From Trichoplax adhaerens (taxonomy: Eukaryota; Animalia; Placozoa), in the NCBI RefSeq assembly GCF_000150275.1, contig NW_002060949.1, forward strand, positions 2,353,836 through 2,417,835: a DNA stretch of 64,000 nt, in the 5' to 3' direction. Below are positions 60,311 through 64,000 of this stretch, piece after piece. Both the position numbers and the translations under genes were made by a program. Below the pieces are notes generated by a model, which was given only the letters and a program-made list of their open reading frames with translations, was not told the DNA's origin and ran no database searches. Within the stretch, counting starts at the first letter, position 1; each line of letters starts with the position of its first letter.

Positions 60311-62655
60311 TCTCTTATGGCGGACACATTCCTAGTTTTCCATAGACCATCACATATAGCGTACGTTGTATTAATTCTACAGTATTTCTCTCTGCCTATC
60401 TTCTATCTTTAAATCTAGTAATACCCTTGATTTCTGCTTCATATCTGAAATATTTGCAATGCTGTTGGTGTCGGCACTCAGTTTACTTCACGATAGCTTA
60501 CACGCAGTTCTACAGCCGGCAACTATTTCAATATTACGCAATTTGCAGTCTAAAATAGACAATCTATTTCTATTAAACATATTGATGCCCACCTCTCAAT
60601 GGTCACTAATCCAAATTCTCTCGAACCATTAAATTCTCCATCATCATTTCTAGGATAGTAACACCTTTTTAATATGTTGGAATGAATTTCCTTTCTACTA
60701 TTAACTAGAAACTTGTGCAGTGAACTAGAGTAATTCTTCTACTTTCATATCGGCTGAAAGTTTTCTTCTATACAACGAAAATACAAATTTCTAGAGAACT
60801 CGCTAGATTCTAGAAGAATGTTAGTCGCTGCTGTTAGCTGGAAAAAAACTCACTTCTGGCACCAATAATCTTTTCTTGGTCATCCTATTTCTATTCGTTT
60901 CTCATAAGGATTGTGGAATGGACTAATCCGTAGAAGCAACTATCCTTTAGCAGCATTACGATAGATTTTCCTTCTTTTACGCGGTACAAATACAAAGTCA
61001 TTTACAAAAGTATTTAGCAGTCTAAACGGATTAAGTATTGCCAGAATAATCATTTACTTTATTTTATAGAATCCTTTCTAGTTGACAGTAATGAAATAAT
61101 TGACTCTGAATATGAATAGACAAACAGTTAAAAAAATTGACGCTATTTAAATGTCCTTTACGCTATTTCACTTTCCTTTCTGTCATCCCTTCTATCCCTT
61201 CGCTATCATCAGCATAGGCAATCAAGTGAATAACCTTCAATAACGCATGGATCGCTGGAATAGATCACCAAATCAATCCAATATCGCACTATAACTAGAA
61301 TAACTAGTGTAATGTAAATGGAACGATAAGAAATACCGTCCATACAATATCGCCTAATTAACATGGCAAGAGTAGGAGTTACTTGTTATTTCAAACAAGT
61401 TTTATTTTTTAAATTATTGAAATCAACGTTGTATCAATTATTTAAAAACAACTTTTGTGAAACAGACAAACAGCTCTATCTTCTATCGGTAATACTAACA
61501 CATTTCAAAAAATTAAAGAAAGTGAATAAATACTTGGTACTGTGATTATACAATATTATGAACATAATTGAGACAAGAACAAGTTGGATTCTAAGACACA
61601 AATCTAGAGTTCAAATAAGAAAAACAAAAATTTCATCTTTCTGCAGTAGTACCATAATGTCGATCTTTTGGCTTAAAAATTCTTTAAAATTATTCTACTA
61701 ATAGCTATATCATGTATCTGAATAGGTGAACATTAAAATATTCAATTGATCGCATATATTAGGCTGAGATCATACCATCACATTATCAAAATGGATTATG
61801 ATTACTATGATGAATGATTTCTTGAAAATTGATCTAAATATTGGCTGTGGCCATTTACCAGCGGAGAATGAGGCTTGATTCAGTTCTTTATCTTAAGATC
61901 ATTTTTCATCTTTTATGGTATCAATATAATAAAATAATATTGGCCATCTTAATTAGTTATCTACATCATCATTTTTAGAGGGACTTGACATAAGCTACCG
62001 TACAACATTTAAAATAAAAAAAATCGAAATAGAATCGATAAAGCGGATAGTAAAACCATTACAAATGAGTAAAATCATGATACAGCAAGCTATATCCACA
62101 ATTTTACAGCTATGCATTAAAATGATTGGACTTCCTGTAGGATAAATCATCATGATTCATATTTATCTTGAATTACAGACTAGTTTTTATCAAATTAAAG
62201 ACAAGTAATAAAGGCGAATACAAGATTTAACTAGACATAAAGTTCACTTATGTTTTAATAGAGTTTAGTCTATGGTCGGGGTTAGCATTTTAGAAATAAA
62301 TGGATGTTAAATTATTAACGCTAAGCAAGCAAAATGGAACTGATTTTAATTCTTTCAAGTGATTTTTCTCACTGGGCTTTCCCGTTGAGATTCAATGATG
62401 AATTGGCAAAGGATATCATTTATTCATTTGCCTACTGATGTAGTAATTAATGAAATATTTCCTCCTTTGCTGGTCAAAATTTGCCTAGGGGATTAACACT
62501 ATTTGTAAGATTGGTTGAAAATGATCCATTTTTATTTTTGTTTATTGCGCTACGGTAATGTGGGATTCCGCTTGATTAGAGTATCTTTCGAATAGATTTT
62601 CCGTCTTGATTTCATCCATTTTCTCTCTCTTTACTTTATGATTTATTGTAATGTA

Positions 62656-64000
62656 TTAAAAATCAAATGTAGAAGCGCCTCCTGGTGTACGAGCACCTCG
62701 TCGAACAAGTTGAGTAGCTTCCGCTCGTTTACTATTGGATGGTGATTTTACGGAAGCGGATGATGTACTTCTTTGCTGGCTTAATGGCGTAGATTGTTGA
62801 GGCTTAGTTTCTTTGGCTTTTTGTACTGGTGTCGATGGCAAATTAGGATATTTAGCTTTCATTTCATTGGATCTGGCAAAGGCATTGACTCTACCCTGTA
62901 CAAATGGACTAGTATAACTTGATAATGGTGTCTTAGTAGGCGATGCACTCGATCGATTTGCATCAACATCATTCACTTTAGATCTTATTAACGCTGGCTC
63001 TGGTGTTTTAGGCAATGGTAATGGAGGAGAAGTACTAGGCATCGATGGCGGCGTTGTTTGCGATTTTGGTGATGGCTTTGTCGGTCCAACATAAGAAGGA
63101 CGATTAACACCAGCTGGTGTTGTCGCATTCTCATAGAATCGTTTTGGTTCAACATATCGATCACGGGTTTTTACGTTGGATGGACTTTTACCAATATTGG
63201 ATAAATTACTAGTTGAACCACCTAATTTTGTCATGGGTAGACGTGATTTTGATAGTGTATCATTGCTTGATTTATTGGGTGATGAAGTTCGTAACGCGAC
63301 CATCGATTCACTAGCATTCCAAGCTGATGGCGATTTAGCTCGATAATCGGATTTAGTTGGCGAATTTAAAACACTTTCCGACACGGTCGGTTTCAACGCA
63401 TTATTTAATGGTCGTCGTTGATTACTACTATCATAATTAAGTGGACGCTCAGGGATTAATGGCGATTTTCGAGCAGTAGTATCTTGTGCTTGTTGATGAA
63501 CTTGTTTTTCACGCACTTCTTGTTGTAATCGTTCAATATTTCGAATTCTTTCTTCTAATTCTTGCTTTTCTTGTAATCGTCGTTCATGATCTAATCGACG
63601 TTTCCTTTCTAATTCTAATATCTCTTCTTCCTTTCTTTTCTCTTCTTGTAACCGTAGCTGTCTTTCACGTTCCAATTTTTCTTCCTCTAACAATTTCTCC
63701 TTCATTTTTAACTCTTCTAGGCGTTTTTCTTGCTCTTGTCGACGTCGTTCTTGCTCAAGTAATTCTTCCGATTTAACTTTCTCTTCCATAGTACGCAATT
63801 GCTTCTCATAGTCAAGCCGTTGGTGCTCGATGCGGGTTTCTTTCATGCGTAATTCTTCCATGCGCTTGATAAATTCTTGTTGGCGTTGTTTCTCTAATCC
63901 ACTTAATTCATCCTCTTTGACTTTTATTTCTTTCTCCCTTAGATTACGTTCATTATCTAGTTGTTGCTCTTTCAATCTTAACTGACGGCGTAATTCCAAT
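62656..64000 (-). CDS. Terminal exon of an unidentified protein: E/R/K/Q-rich helical segment followed by a Ser/Pro/Thr-rich disordered tail; 5' part lies outside the window
   Basis: Uninterrupted 447-codon frame open to the window edge, far longer than background ORFs here, with protein-like compositional zoning. It ends ...RRGARTPGGASTFDF*. Confidence 0.88.
   Translation of the reverse strand, partial: LELRRQLRLKEQQLDNERNLREKEIKVKEDELSGLEKQRQQEFIKRMEELRMKETRIEHQRLDYEKQLRTMEEKVKSEELLEQERRRQEQEKRLEELKMKEKLLEEEKLERERQLRLQEEKRKEEEILELERKRRLDHERRLQEKQELEERIRNIERLQQEVREKQVHQQAQDTTARKSPLIPERPLNYDSSNQRRPLNNALKPTVSESVLNSPTKSDYRAKSPSAWNASESMVALRTSSPNKSSNDTLSKSRLPMTKLGGSTSNLSNIGKSPSNVKTRDRYVEPKRFYENATTPAGVNRPSYVGPTKPSPKSQTTPPSMPSTSPPLPLPKTPEPALIRSKVNDVDANRSSASPTKTPLSSYTSPFVQGRVNAFARSNEMKAKYPNLPSTPVQKAKETKPQQSTPLSQQRSTSSASVKSPSNSKRAEATQLVRRGARTPGGASTFDF

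Noticed and set aside
63486-63776. 96-aa hydrophobic plus-strand ORF
   Set aside because: It is the antisense shadow of the E/K/R-rich codons of the minus-strand gene.

Overview
This is AT-rich eukaryotic (animal) genomic DNA with many short GT-AG introns and one assembly gap (10839-11127). Splicing exons by eye gives six protein-coding genes: (1) ovothiol synthase OvoA (minus strand, 3' end runs off the left edge), (2) RAD23, (3) RIC1 (about 36 exons, minus), (4) DOT1L (about 23 exons, head-to-head with RIC1, one GC-AG intron), (5) a divergent Nuclear Factor I (NFI) gene, and (6) the last exon of an unidentified charged-helix plus Ser/Pro-rich protein at the right edge. The gene content and compact intron-rich layout suggest an early-branching animal such as a placozoan (Trichoplax-like); this is inference. 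The most unusual non-coding signal is dense, palindromic ACAGT/ACTGT pentamer islands upstream of RAD23 and on both sides of the RIC1/DOT1L bidirectional promoter, with no comparable island at NFI. First introns and intergenic DNA hold many unrelated local tandem arrays. Most short ORFs in the supplied track are spurious or exon fragments. Exon coordinates were derived by hand and may be off by a few bases.
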